In this document: positions 21,787 to 32,610 of the stretch, piece after piece
Layout of the letters: every line of letters starts with the position of its first letter
How positions within the stretch are numbered: position 1 is the first letter of the stretch
Assembly: GCA_029838195.1 (NCBI GenBank)
Contig: JALGVJ010000018.1
Coordinates: forward strand, 1 to 64,000
Length of the DNA stretch: 64,000 nt
Reading direction: 5' to 3'
From: Promethearchaeota archaeon
Lineage (GTDB): Archaea; Asgardarchaeota; Lokiarchaeia; Sigyniarchaeales; SOKP01
Position numbers and translations under genes: made by a program
Notes under the pieces: generated by a model
Told to the model about the DNA's origin: nothing
Seen by the model: only the letters and a program-made list of their open reading frames with translations
Database searches by the model: none

Positions 21787-22704
21787 GTGAGAATGGCTAA
21801 AAATATTCTCAAGCGAATTTACATTGGCACGATCAACGAGCGTGATCCCGAGATCTTCAAGGAGATTAAAGATTTCTGCTTAACACATTATAATATAAAG
21901 TTTGTAAACCTTCTCGAGAAAAAAAAATTTTCCAAAAAATATTTCAAAAAAAAAATAAAAAAATATCCTATCTCATTTCTCATTGTAAAATTATATTCTA
22001 AAAATTCTAATGAAAAAATATATAACGCTCTTAACTCCTTAGCACCCAACATTCCTCTATTAAACAGCATTGAAGCAGTAAGGACATGCGAAAGTCGTAA
22101 AAAAACGTTCATGTTGATGCAAACAAGATGTAAGGAGATTAAAATCCCCGAATTTTATTCCACAAGAGATGAGGTTCTGGCTGCTCTCTCCAGTAATAAA
22201 AAAATCATTATTAAACTAGATTCTCATAATCCTGAACATGTAAAGAAGGAAGACAGAATTTTAGGGATCGTGTCCAATCAAAAAGAAATTTCTACTATTT
22301 TAAGCCAATACGATTTTGATGAGATCTTTTTTCAAGAATACATGGGAAAATTCGATATTATTTATAAAGTATACGTGATCAATAATTGGATCGTGTCCAT
22401 TACCTCCACCGACCGATTACAAGGCGATAAACATTTAAGCCCATTGGATTTAGTCCATCTTAGAGTGTCTATTGATGAAATGCTGAAAAATCACATTTTA
22501 AAAATAGGCAAGCAATTTAGGATGTCAATCTTTGGAATTGATTACGTTATAAAAAATAACGTGCCTTACATTATCGATATCAATGATTTTCCTAGTTTTA
22601 GAAGGATTCCTGAAGCTGTTAGCCTCATTTCTGATTACATGTATAATCTTTTAACTCTAAGAGAATACGCAGAACTCTTAAAAACGCACATAGCTACATA
22701 TTGA
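21787..22704 (+). CDS. ATP-grasp protein, ITPK1-like inositol phosphate kinase candidate
   Basis: FFQEY...YKVYVI and IFGIDYVI...IIDINDFPSF (ITPK1-type DIN.FP); adjacent to ino1. Confidence 0.8.
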   Translation: MRMAKNILKRIYIGTINERDPEIFKEIKDFCLTHYNIKFVNLLEKKKFSKKYFKKKIKKYPISFLIVKLYSKNSNEKIYNALNSLAPNIPLLNSIEAVRTCESRKKTFMLMQTRCKEIKIPEFYSTRDEVLAALSSNKKIIIKLDSHNPEHVKKEDRILGIVSNQKEISTILSQYDFDEIFFQEYMGKFDIIYKVYVINNWIVSITSTDRLQGDKHLSPLDLVHLRVSIDEMLKNHILKIGKQFRMSIFGIDYVIKNNVPYIIDINDFPSFRRIPEAVSLISDYMYNLLTLREYAELLKTHIATY

Positions 22705-22774
22705 CCAAGAATCATATTTTAGTCTTGACTATTCAATACTCATCAATAAAAACATAAAGGTTAGAAAAATCATG

Positions 22775-23863
22775 TTATCTTTCTCTCTTTTTTTGAAGGA
22801 ATTCTATTAAATTCCTTTTAGCCGCCTCATCTTCTAACTGTTCGGGAGGATGTTTACAAAAAAAAGAACAAGCCGAATGTAAAATTCCGCCAATTTTTCT
22901 ATCTTTCGCAATTTTAGAAACGCGAATGCAATCTGCGATAATGCCTGCGGAATTGTTGCCATCTTCCACGAACATGGTGATATCAATCCTAACGGGCGCT
23001 CCTCCAAATATTTTACCTTCTAATCTCATGTAAGCTTCTTTTTGATTTTTTAAAAAAGGAATATAATCCACGGCAGATATTTGGCATTCTATTCTTTCCT
23101 TATTCGGTAACCTAGAAATGACGGATTCTGTTTTTGATTGCCGCTTTCCTTCTTCATATCGTAGCTTTCCATTTGGCATGGGCGTTAGTAAATTACAAAA
23201 ATCACTAGAACCTCCCCAATCTAATTGAATCGTGCGTTCTAAAACAGCACCTCTCAGCGGAAATAAATTGGCTAAGGATCTATGGATGATGGTAGCCCCT
23301 ATCTGAGATTTTACATCATCTCCTATTAGGGAAAGGTTTCGTTCTTCCGCTTTTTTAATGAGTTCTGGATCTTTTGCCACTGGGGTGGGCATGCCATTCA
23401 CAACACTAGCACTTGCTTCAAGAGCACATGTTACGTAATATTTCACCGCCCTATGTGAACCCGTTGGAAGTAAAATGACGACAACATCCACGTTTCTTTT
23501 CTTTAATTCATTAGTAATATCAGCTGGTTTTTGTTCCTCTGAAAAAGGGATAATGTTTTTAATGTTACTCGCTAATCCATCCAATATGGGTCCCTTAATG
23601 ACAGGCGCATCCAAAAAGCGGGGTCGAAATAATTCTATATTGCAATTGGGCTCTGTAAAAATCGCTTCACTTAAGTCTTTTCCGACTTTTTTAGCATTCA
23701 CGTCAATTCCTAATACAAAATTTATGTCCGTTATAGAGTAGTCTTTAATTTCGGGTAACACGCCAATGATTCGTTCTGGATGCTCTTTATAGTTTTCTAC
23801 GCCTTGAACTAGAGCGGAAGCAACATCTCCAACGCCGACAATACAAGTATTTATATTGGCCAT
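22775..23863 (-). CDS. ino1: myo-inositol-1(3)-phosphate synthase
   Basis: GVGDVASALVQG, LPTGS, GDDVKSQIGAT, SKT, NSAG and FCKHPP motifs. Confidence 0.93.
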   Translation of the reverse strand: MANINTCIVGVGDVASALVQGVENYKEHPERIIGVLPEIKDYSITDINFVLGIDVNAKKVGKDLSEAIFTEPNCNIELFRPRFLDAPVIKGPILDGLASNIKNIIPFSEEQKPADITNELKKRNVDVVVILLPTGSHRAVKYYVTCALEASASVVNGMPTPVAKDPELIKKAEERNLSLIGDDVKSQIGATIIHRSLANLFPLRGAVLERTIQLDWGGSSDFCNLLTPMPNGKLRYEEGKRQSKTESVISRLPNKERIECQISAVDYIPFLKNQKEAYMRLEGKIFGGAPVRIDITMFVEDGNNSAGIIADCIRVSKIAKDRKIGGILHSACSFFCKHPPEQLEDEAAKRNLIEFLQKKRER

Positions 23864-24238
23864 GATATTGAAGATAATAAAATGTTAATATTTAAATCAT
23901 TTTTGCTAATAGATTTGTTTATCTTGTTCATTTTTACTTAAACACCAGAAAAGATCATATTTAATTATCATATTTCATGAATGCATAAAATTTTCATGAT
24001 TTAAACGAGTATTTTTAAATAATAACCTCCCATAATTTAATAATGTTTTATTAATGGTAGATAATTTAAAATGGATTGATTTTAGATACAAGCATGGTTT
24101 GATTTAAAATGAATTTCTATTTTTCATTCTTAATTGTTCTACTTGCTTAATAATATTTAAAACTCTTTTAAAAAAATTTTAGTATTAAAAAGAATATTTC
24201 CTATCATTCAAAGGAGTTATAATACTTATATATTTATC

Positions 24239-27052
24239 ATGAGATTTGAAGATAAAAAAATCTATATTGCATTAAGTCCTCATATCAATTATTATCACTC
24301 ATACCGCGGTGATTCACGGGGAGTCACGGGATTTGGAAAAGATTTAGCTTTAATGAGAGGAATACTTGATAAATTAGATGAGATTGAAGACATGGGTTTT
24401 TCTTTTGGATCCATGAAAATTTCTTGGGATTACGCAGATCTTTTTTGGTCCATTCAATTACAAAAGGAGTATCAACAAGATGTTTTGGATCGCGTGAGAG
24501 AGAGATGCAAGCGAAAAAAAGATGAAGTACTCATTGGTTCTTGGGGAAATGTTGCTCAGCCCATTTTAGATACGGAAGCCTTAATTCAAGACCAAAAGTG
24601 GTTTCGAGAAAATTCCATGGGTATTGGTGTGGATCAATTATTTAAGGGGAGGGTGGCGCCTTACACAAGAACTCAAGAGACCATGTATACACAAGGCATG
24701 ATTGAAATATATAATAAATTGGGAATTGAAGGGATCTGCATCTATTATTCCGTATATCAATTTGACGTTGCCAGACCTTTTTTAAATCCTCGCTTAGATT
24801 GGAATCAACAATTTGGACCTGTTAAATTGAAATCCACCGTTTCTGATGCAACTTGTTTAATGATTCCCATGTATGGATTTGGAGATATATTAGACAATTG
24901 TTCTATCAAACGCTGGTTAAAAATAATTAGAAAAGCTCAGAAGAGAGGAGATATTAAGGGTCACGCTCTCCTTTTTTTAAATTTTGACATGGATTATGAC
25001 CTGTGGCTTTCCGTTCCCATGCCCTCCTTTCTCAAATGGATGCCAAATACTCGCGGCTTACTAGAATTTGCTGAAGTCGTGGACCAACTTGAGTACGTGG
25101 AATTTGCAAACCTTTTGGAAATCATTCCTAAATTAGAGGTTAGAGGCGAAACGATGCTACAACAAGATGTTGCAGATGGAAATTGGAATGGATTTTACAA
25201 TTGGGCACAAAAACATGATAACACGCGCTTTTGGACCGTTGGTCAATGGGCAAGATGGGTAAAATGCATAACTGATACATTAATTTCAACAAATCATGTA
25301 AAAGATAGGGTCGAACAAATAAATTCATTTTTGAGAGAAGGCACGGATCAATCAAATACTTACCTTAAAAACATGATTCTTTTTAGTTCTACGACGAATT
25401 TTGGATTATCCCTCCCATTTCAGCATCCTCATAGACAAAAAACAGCCATGAGTTATGGGTTAAATGCTTTAAGGGCTGCATTAAAAGCGATGAGGATCGC
25501 TAAAGAAAATTTAACTTCTCAAATTAAAAAGAATAATTTATTTACAAAACCGGGCATTTGGATTTTTCCCATTACCAATCGGGGTATTACACCAGAAGAG
25601 AATAAAAAGGTGGAATCTCCCATTTTAATACGAACTGAAATTCCTCTTGAATTCAAGGAGAATTTATTAGATAATAAAGATTTACTTTCCCATATCAGTT
25701 TCATGGAAGAGGGCGTGCGTCATGCATTTTATGAAGATCCGTTAAAATCAACTCTAATTCTCGAAGCCATCATTCCACCTGATAAATTTTCGGATGGAAA
25801 TTCTTATTATCTTCCTTTAACTTTCCGACAACAGGAGCCTCATGATTCTATTAAAAATGAGCTTCAAGCAACCAGAAGAATTTTAAAAAATAAGTATTTA
25901 ACCGTGGAATTTGATAAAAATGGAAAAATAAATTCTTTTAAACATAAAGGAAAAGAATTCGCTTGTCCAAAATTTTTAGATTCTGCAGTGGTTTTTGGCA
26001 CTCCAAAAAAAGCAAAACGATGTGAATCCATTAAAGATGAATTTTTGGTTCTAAGAACGGGGGAAGATAATTTTTCCGCTTCCATTAAGATTAAAAGCAC
26101 CTTCGAAATCTTGCCTGATGCTCACGTTCACGTGGAGAAAATCTGTACGATGTATGCCGATTTACCATGCTTATTTATCCAAGTTGAAATGAATCTCTGT
26201 GATATAAAAGGAGAGAAAAAAATAGAAGATGGAACCTCTTTTGTTGAGGAAGAATATAATAAGGGATGGTTAGAAATCATGCCTTGTGAAATCCGCCCCA
26301 ACATTCTTGGAAAAAACAAATTTTTGCGAATATGGAAACATAATTATTTTGGTCGGGTTTCATGGTTTGATTTAAACATGAAACAAATAGATCCTAAAAA
26401 TGCTAATATTGATTGCTTGGTATCAAATATCTCAGATGGCTGGATGGGGCTAACTAACGGGGAGAAAGGCTTGCTCGTGGGATATAATGGAGTAAAAGCG
26501 GCGAATTTTGCATTTACGCCCTTAAAATTGCGAGATAAGGGTTTTGGAGATTGTGCTCAAAAAGCCCAACAAGTTAGAATTAATCCTTTCGGGACGTATT
26601 ATGGAAAATCGCTACATTATTGGAGTAATGGAACGGGACACGCACAAAAACTTGTTCCCAAGCTCTTTACTACCTTAGATTCTTCCGCACCAACATTTAG
26701 CGGTAAAACTGTTTCTTTCGAGTTAGTACTCATTCCCTACATGGGAGACTTCCCTCCCTATGAATTTCAATCCTTCTTGAACCATTATTCTCTCCCTCCC
26801 TTGCTCTTGTACGTGGGTAAATATCAAGATGAAATTCAAGATAATTATTCTTACTTGGAATCCAAAGCAAGTTCATTAATTAAAGAATTTGATATTGAGG
26901 AACTCATGGAAATGGATTACATTGATTGGGTGAGAAAAATTAATGCTGATTTTGACACTGCACGAGAATTAAAATTTCCTAAGCAAGAAATGAAATTAGA
27001 TGTAAGTTCAGCGTTATTACTCCTCTTAGATGGAATTAGAGGAAAATCATGA
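24239..27052 (+). CDS. large putative glycoside hydrolase (GH38/GH57-like N-terminal barrel plus beta-supersandwich)
   Basis: N-terminal HINYYHSY, RTQE, NFDMD; later LKNKYLTVEFDKNGKINS typical of a GH38 C-terminal domain start. Confidence 0.55.
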   Translation: MRFEDKKIYIALSPHINYYHSYRGDSRGVTGFGKDLALMRGILDKLDEIEDMGFSFGSMKISWDYADLFWSIQLQKEYQQDVLDRVRERCKRKKDEVLIGSWGNVAQPILDTEALIQDQKWFRENSMGIGVDQLFKGRVAPYTRTQETMYTQGMIEIYNKLGIEGICIYYSVYQFDVARPFLNPRLDWNQQFGPVKLKSTVSDATCLMIPMYGFGDILDNCSIKRWLKIIRKAQKRGDIKGHALLFLNFDMDYDLWLSVPMPSFLKWMPNTRGLLEFAEVVDQLEYVEFANLLEIIPKLEVRGETMLQQDVADGNWNGFYNWAQKHDNTRFWTVGQWARWVKCITDTLISTNHVKDRVEQINSFLREGTDQSNTYLKNMILFSSTTNFGLSLPFQHPHRQKTAMSYGLNALRAALKAMRIAKENLTSQIKKNNLFTKPGIWIFPITNRGITPEENKKVESPILIRTEIPLEFKENLLDNKDLLSHISFMEEGVRHAFYEDPLKSTLILEAIIPPDKFSDGNSYYLPLTFRQQEPHDSIKNELQATRRILKNKYLTVEFDKNGKINSFKHKGKEFACPKFLDSAVVFGTPKKAKRCESIKDEFLVLRTGEDNFSASIKIKSTFEILPDAHVHVEKICTMYADLPCLFIQVEMNLCDIKGEKKIEDGTSFVEEEYNKGWLEIMPCEIRPNILGKNKFLRIWKHNYFGRVSWFDLNMKQIDPKNANIDCLVSNISDGWMGLTNGEKGLLVGYNGVKAANFAFTPLKLRDKGFGDCAQKAQQVRINPFGTYYGKSLHYWSNGTGHAQKLVPKLFTTLDSSAPTFSGKTVSFELVLIPYMGDFPPYEFQSFLNHYSLPPLLLYVGKYQDEIQDNYSYLESKASSLIKEFDIEELMEMDYIDWVRKINADFDTARELKFPKQEMKLDVSSALLLLLDGIRGKS

Positions 27053-27120
27053 AGTTTTCATTTCAATTTCAATTCAAAAATAGTTGCCTAATCTTAAATA
27101 AAAAAGAAAGGAGTAGGAAA

Positions 27121-28137
27121 ATGGAAGGAAAAATGAATGCTCTATTATTTCCCGAACCTTGGAAAGTAGAGCTGATTGAAGTGGACATCCCGAAATGCGG
27201 ACCATATGATGTATTGGCAGAAATCCATTCAGTTGGAATTTGTGGAAGTGATGTAGGAATTTTCGAAGGAGAACATTGGATTGTTGCTAGGGAACCAGGA
27301 GGACATGGGCATGAAACAGGAGCTCGCGCTGTAGAAGTGGGCAAAAATATTGAAGGGATTAACGAAGGCGATCATTTAGCTCGTATGGGACATGGATATG
27401 CTCAATATTCCACTCACGTGAATGTAATTGGTCATGGAAAAGATGAGAAAATGGGGGCATTACCTATCGTGCGAAATGACTTATCATTAGAAGAGATCTC
27501 CTTTGCTGATGCTGTTGGTTGTGCTATCAATTGTTTTGAACGGGCTGAATTCGATAGAATTGAAGGAGAAAAAAAAGCTATTGTTTTAGGCTTAGGTCCT
27601 ATAGGGTTAATTTTAACCCAAATTCTTCTCATGAATGGAATAGAAGTCGCAGCTTCAGAACTTTATCCCTTAAAAAGGAAATTAGCAAGGAAATGGGGTG
27701 CCAAGGTATATGATCCCAAAAAATACACGAGACCAACTCATGGTAATTTTACCGTGGTGGATCAGATTAAAAAAGAATTTGGTGAAGCTCACGCCGTTTT
27801 TGAAATGGTTGGAAGTAATGATACCCTACTACAAGCTATTGATTTAGTGCAACCAGGGTTTCGAGTAATGGTTTTTGGTGCTCAGAAAATGCAATATATT
27901 CCCTATGTAAATTGTAGAAAGAAAGGAGTTGAATTAGTATATCCGGAAGCCATGGTAAATTCTAAAGCGGACAAGGATTATTGGAACGATGCCCTAAACT
28001 TGATCGCCAGTAAAAAATTGGATTTAAAGAGCTTGATCACGAAGCGCATTACTTTGGAAGAAGCCGTTGATGCGTTCAAGTATTATGACCGAGAAAAATG
28101 GATTAAAATCATCATAGAGCCCTTTAGAACCCGATGA
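27121..28137 (+). CDS. zinc-dependent MDR alcohol/polyol dehydrogenase
   Basis: GICGSD, GHE and GLGPIG motifs; no structural-Zn Cys cluster; start chosen after AGGAG. Confidence 0.87.
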   Translation: MEGKMNALLFPEPWKVELIEVDIPKCGPYDVLAEIHSVGICGSDVGIFEGEHWIVAREPGGHGHETGARAVEVGKNIEGINEGDHLARMGHGYAQYSTHVNVIGHGKDEKMGALPIVRNDLSLEEISFADAVGCAINCFERAEFDRIEGEKKAIVLGLGPIGLILTQILLMNGIEVAASELYPLKRKLARKWGAKVYDPKKYTRPTHGNFTVVDQIKKEFGEAHAVFEMVGSNDTLLQAIDLVQPGFRVMVFGAQKMQYIPYVNCRKKGVELVYPEAMVNSKADKDYWNDALNLIASKKLDLKSLITKRITLEEAVDAFKYYDREKWIKIIIEPFRTR

Positions 28138-28288
28138 TTTTTCGCTTTTAATGATTATTTTACAAATCTAAGAAGAAAAGAGAAAAGAATAGGGATAATA
28201 TTCTTGCATGTTGATATATTTTTTAAAAAAGTTATTAAAATGCTGTAATAAAAAAATTAAAAAAATTTGGAATATATAGATTGTTATT

Positions 28289-29584
28289 TTATTCGATTTC
28301 ATAAGTTTCTTTCACAAATCTGAAGAAAATCGTAGATAGTATAAAGAATGCCGTTGAAGTTAAAAAGATCCACTGTAATCCAAATGATTGCGCAATTACC
28401 CCCGCAATTATGGCACCTATAATCTGAGGAACCGTGAATACTATATTCAATATTCCAAAAAACTTACCTCTTTGATCTTCTGGCAAGAGATCTTGGGACC
28501 ATGCGTTTAAAGGGGCTGGCATGCCAAGGAGAGCTACGAGAATAAAGGGCAGGGAGATAAAAAAGAGCAAGATATTAACCCCTGCATTTGTTGTTTTCAC
28601 GAATGATGCTGAAGCAACTCCGATGCTTATGATAATAATGATTAAGGGAGTATATTTTTTTCTCCCAAATCGATCGCTTATTTTTCCAAGTGTAACCGTT
28701 ATGAGAATGAGAAGCGGAAAACCAATAAGGATAGCTAATAAGAGCTGAAGAGTAGAAATGCCTAAAGAAAAGATATAAATGAAAAGAAAAGGCATGATAA
28801 CACCCACACCAGATTGGTAAATCATGTAAGCAAGAGTCATCTTAAAGAATTCTTTATGTTCTTTCATGGCTTGATAATCAAACATTCGGACAAAATCTTC
28901 CGTAAATTTTCTTTTTGGTGGCAACTCAGAAGGAGGTCGTTCTTTTATAAAAATAAAACCTAAAATGGCAGCAGCAATTAACATGATTCCGCCGAAAGAC
29001 AGGACAAATTGGTGCCCTTCTTGCGTCAAGATTTTTCCTTCTCCCGAAGGAGCAGGCACGGTGAACAATAAATCACTTATTAAAAAGAGAGCAACCCCAA
29101 TAAGCACGCCTAGATTTCCAATAGCCGTGATTATCCCGTTAGCTCGACCTCGATATTCGAGATCAATGGTATCAGGAATAACTGCCCTCTCGGCAGCAAA
29201 AAAAGCATTTGAGGAAATTCCTAATATCACTACATCAATGAAAAAGGCCCAAAAATAATTAGGGCTATATCCATAGAGGATTGCTGCTGCTCCCGTAATG
29301 ACACCACCGACTAATAAATATGGTCGTCTTCTCCCATGTTTTGATCTTGTATTATCAGAGAAAATGCCCCAAACAAGTAAGAAAATCAACCCCATCGTTG
29401 CTGAGAATGAAACCATCACGGACACATAAAGTTCTGAAAGTTGAAGCACGTGAGCGAGATAGGTATTAAAGAAATTTTGTTCTACAAAGCCATAGACTTG
29501 ATCCGCAGCAAAGACAATACCAATAATTATGGCTTCAAATAAAATGAATTTAGGAAGCTTGCCTGTTCGTAAATTTTCATTCAT
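28289..29584 (-). CDS. MFS (GPH-like) sugar transporter
   Basis: SDNTRSKHGRRRPYLL and SDRFGRKK motifs; about 12 TM. Confidence 0.9.
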   Translation of the reverse strand: MNENLRTGKLPKFILFEAIIIGIVFAADQVYGFVEQNFFNTYLAHVLQLSELYVSVMVSFSATMGLIFLLVWGIFSDNTRSKHGRRRPYLLVGGVITGAAAILYGYSPNYFWAFFIDVVILGISSNAFFAAERAVIPDTIDLEYRGRANGIITAIGNLGVLIGVALFLISDLLFTVPAPSGEGKILTQEGHQFVLSFGGIMLIAAAILGFIFIKERPPSELPPKRKFTEDFVRMFDYQAMKEHKEFFKMTLAYMIYQSGVGVIMPFLFIYIFSLGISTLQLLLAILIGFPLLILITVTLGKISDRFGRKKYTPLIIIIISIGVASASFVKTTNAGVNILLFFISLPFILVALLGMPAPLNAWSQDLLPEDQRGKFFGILNIVFTVPQIIGAIIAGVIAQSFGLQWIFLTSTAFFILSTIFFRFVKETYEIE

Positions 29585-29753
29585 TTTTCGTCAAATTATA
29601 AAATTTTATAAAATTAAATATGTTAAATGAAATTAAAGTTTCTTTATTAATAAAATGCTATGATATTTCATTAATAAGGAGTGGTATTAATGGGCAAAGA
29701 ATTTGGTCAATTTCCTCCGGCAATTGGGGCCACGAGAAAGATTTTACCATAAT

Positions 29754-30776
29754 TCAAGAGATTTTGTGCGAGGGGAGGGGGATTTGTATTATGAAATTGC
29801 TACCTTTTTCATGATTACCCTCAATTCTATTTTTTACGAAAATTTTTCCATGATAACTATCGATTATTTTTTTAACTAAGGATAACCCCAATCCCATTCC
29901 TCCCACGGATTTATCGTGAGCTGAGGTTCTTTTAAAAATTTCATTTTTTCTAGCATCTGAAATTCCTCGCGCATTATCAATGAATTGTAGTTGAAGAAAA
30001 TCGTTATTTTTTTCTTTTATCTTATCAACGTGGATGGTAATTTCAATTTCAGGATTAAGGTTATGTTTTATCGCATTAATGAGTAGATTTTCAAAGACAT
30101 CAAGGAGTAATTCATTTGCTAGGATAAAATACCTCGGTTCATTAGGGATAACTTTAATTTTTAAATTTTTATCAGAGAAATTGTTCTTAACATTAGAAAC
30201 GGCATCATTTAAGATTTGTAAGACTTCTAATTCATGAAGCGTGAATTTTCCATTCTCGATATTGGAAAGTGTTTGAACATTATGGATGAGAACGGTGGCT
30301 CTATCTATTTGATCTTTAAAAATATTTATTAACTCATCTAATTCATTTTTCTTATTTGGTTCTTTTTGATAAAGCTTAAAAAGTTCAAACGAACTCAACA
30401 TGCTCTGAAGTATATTATTCATATCGTGGGCGAATAAATCTTTATAGAAATTAAGCCTTTCATATGCATTTCTGTAATTGGCTTCAGATTCCTTGATTTT
30501 TTCCTCCATTTTTGGAATGAAAATCCAAAAAAATCCCATTACAGCACAGAAGATTTTAAACGTCTCCGAAACATCGTCAGCCGCTTTTATATCAATTAAC
30601 TCAAATTTTTCAAGGATATTTCCAATAGTAAATAAAAATCCGCCCATAAAAAGCAAGACTATGGTTAAAGAGCTGATGTCTTTTTTTTTAGAAAATTCCA
30701 TTATACTAATAATGAGACACCCTACGAAAAAGAACATGGCAATAATATTGAAAACCCCATCTATTACTTGTACCGT
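29754..30776 (-). CDS. membrane-bound sensor histidine kinase (start uncertain: ACG 30776 or ATG 30737)
   Basis: H-box FAHDMNNILQ, N-box ENLLINAIKH, DNARGI, GMGLGLSLVK; N-terminal TMs. Confidence 0.88.
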   Translation of the reverse strand, partial: TVQVIDGVFNIIAMFFFVGCLIISIMEFSKKKDISSLTIVLLFMGGFLFTIGNILEKFELIDIKAADDVSETFKIFCAVMGFFWIFIPKMEEKIKESEANYRNAYERLNFYKDLFAHDMNNILQSMLSSFELFKLYQKEPNKKNELDELINIFKDQIDRATVLIHNVQTLSNIENGKFTLHELEVLQILNDAVSNVKNNFSDKNLKIKVIPNEPRYFILANELLLDVFENLLINAIKHNLNPEIEITIHVDKIKEKNNDFLQLQFIDNARGISDARKNEIFKRTSAHDKSVGGMGLGLSLVKKIIDSYHGKIFVKNRIEGNHEKGSNFIIQIPLPSHKIS

Positions 30777-30779
30777 GGT

Positions 30780-31067
30780 TCACACCTCTCTTTCAATTTC
30801 TTCTTCTCGAGCATGGAAATGTCGATAGATCATTCCAATGAAAAATGAAAGTGCTGATAAGAGAATGGTTAGATGTTCGAAAAAATCAAATAAATCCGGA
30901 GCAAAAAAAGCCTCTAAATTTGTAAAAATAAAGGACATCACAATAAAAATAGCGCCGGGTAATAAAGGGAATATGTCCCTTCTTTTCTTTAAGATATAAC
31001 GAAAAAAAATAATCGGAATTAAAATAAAAATTAAAGCAAAAAATTCTAACATTTCAAACTCAGGCAA
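30780..31067 (-). CDS. small 3-TM membrane protein in frame with the downstream kinase
   Basis: Hydrophobic 95-aa ORF; its TGA is followed by an open in-frame stretch into the kinase. Confidence 0.7.
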   Translation of the reverse strand: MPEFEMLEFFALIFILIPIIFFRYILKKRRDIFPLLPGAIFIVMSFIFTNLEAFFAPDLFDFFEHLTILLSALSFFIGMIYRHFHAREEEIEREV

Positions 31068-31214
31068 GCAGCATTTTCACCTAATTTAAAAATAAATTAC
31101 TCCTTCTAGATTTTTGTTTTAATTATGATAATAAAGAATGGAGGATAATAAAAAAATCTTTTTTAATTCTTTCTTTTCATGGGTTTTCATTGGTAATCTC
31201 TTGATTGATAAGTG

Positions 31215-32516
31215 TTATTCATTTTTTAGGATCAAGGTTTCTTTCACGCGTAAAAATAACGGGATGGACCCAATGAGAAAAATTGGAACGAATAAAAAGA
31301 TATATTGGACTCCATAGGAATCCGCAATCAATCCTCCAATGAAAGCCCCGGGAATTTGAGAAATAGTATCCATGAAATTAAGAATGCCTGTGAATTTTCC
31401 ACGTTCATTTTCGGGCAATAAATCTTGCTGCCAAGTTAAAAGAGGGACCATGAGTCCCATTAATGCCACTAAGACCAAAATAAAAGAGACCACGTAAAAA
31501 ATGAAATTCATGGGAGTATTAGGCGAAATAAAGGGAAGTGTAAAAAATCCTGCGCTGGAAATGAGAATTAAAGGAGTAAGAAATCGTTTTCGACCATATT
31601 TATCCACGATTTTCCCGAGAAGATACATTACAAGTAAGGAAATGGGAATGATGATGCTAAAAATTAAAATCAATTGAATCGTTGGCAAGCCGAGATCGAA
31701 TATATAATTAAATACAAAAGGGAGAATGATTCGAATTCCAATATTAAAGACAAACATGGCAATTATAATGCGAAAAAAATGCTTATGTGCTTTCAATTCA
31801 GCATATTTCATGGTTTTTCTTAAATCTTCCAAGAAAGTTTTTTTAGGAGGCAATTCTGAGACGGGTTTTTCTTTGATGAAGAGGAATCCAATGATCGAAA
31901 CTAGTACCATCGTGAATCCACCAATGGCAAAGGAAAGGATATAACCTTCTTGCGTTATTAATGTACCTGACGCTGTTTGAATGGAATAATATTCATTTAC
32001 ATAAAGCGTTAGTCCCACTGGTATCATGGAGCCTAACAAGTTTGCAATTTGCGTAATTCCATTGGCTCTGCCTCGGTATTCCGTATCGAAGATGTCTGGA
32101 ATTAACACTTTTTGAGCAGCATAAAAGGAATTTGATGCGAGCCCAATTATAATTACATCTATGAAAAAACACCAAAAAAAATTAGGAGAAAAAGAATAAA
32201 GATACATGGCAAGGCCTCCAATTATTCCGCCGATAAGAAGATAAGGCCTTCTTCTTCCCCACCTACTTCTCGTGTTATCGCTTAGAGTTCCAAAAACAAT
32301 AAAAAACACGAATCCAGCAATCCCACTGAACGATACCATTATAGAGATGTAAATGTATTCTTTCTTTAGCACGTGCTCGATATATGTATTAAAGAGAGAG
32401 AATTCATAAAATCCAAAAATTGCCGCCGCCCCATAAATTAGAGCAATAATGATCATTTCGAAAAGCAGAAATTTTTCCTTTTCATGAGCTTCCTTATCAT
32501 TTAATTTTTTTTCCAT
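31215..32516 (-). CDS. MFS (GPH-like) sugar transporter, paralog of 28289-29584
   Basis: SDNTRSRWGRRRPYLL; shared EYRGRANGI and QDLLPE..RGKF motifs. Confidence 0.9.
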   Translation of the reverse strand: MEKKLNDKEAHEKEKFLLFEMIIIALIYGAAAIFGFYEFSLFNTYIEHVLKKEYIYISIMVSFSGIAGFVFFIVFGTLSDNTRSRWGRRRPYLLIGGIIGGLAMYLYSFSPNFFWCFFIDVIIIGLASNSFYAAQKVLIPDIFDTEYRGRANGITQIANLLGSMIPVGLTLYVNEYYSIQTASGTLITQEGYILSFAIGGFTMVLVSIIGFLFIKEKPVSELPPKKTFLEDLRKTMKYAELKAHKHFFRIIIAMFVFNIGIRIILPFVFNYIFDLGLPTIQLILIFSIIIPISLLVMYLLGKIVDKYGRKRFLTPLILISSAGFFTLPFISPNTPMNFIFYVVSFILVLVALMGLMVPLLTWQQDLLPENERGKFTGILNFMDTISQIPGAFIGGLIADSYGVQYIFLFVPIFLIGSIPLFLRVKETLILKNE

Positions 32517-32610
32517 GATCTAAATTTCATCCGAAATTATTTAAGTATTTTGAAGTTTTATTTTTGATTAGGAAATAATGTTCACGTTATTTAATTGATG
32601 GGGGACACAA

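Noticed and set aside
30780-30782. In-frame UGA as a selenocysteine codon
   Set aside because: It lies in a linker with no Cys-type redox context, and I could not identify a SECIS nearby. Kept only as a readthrough or alternative-start question.
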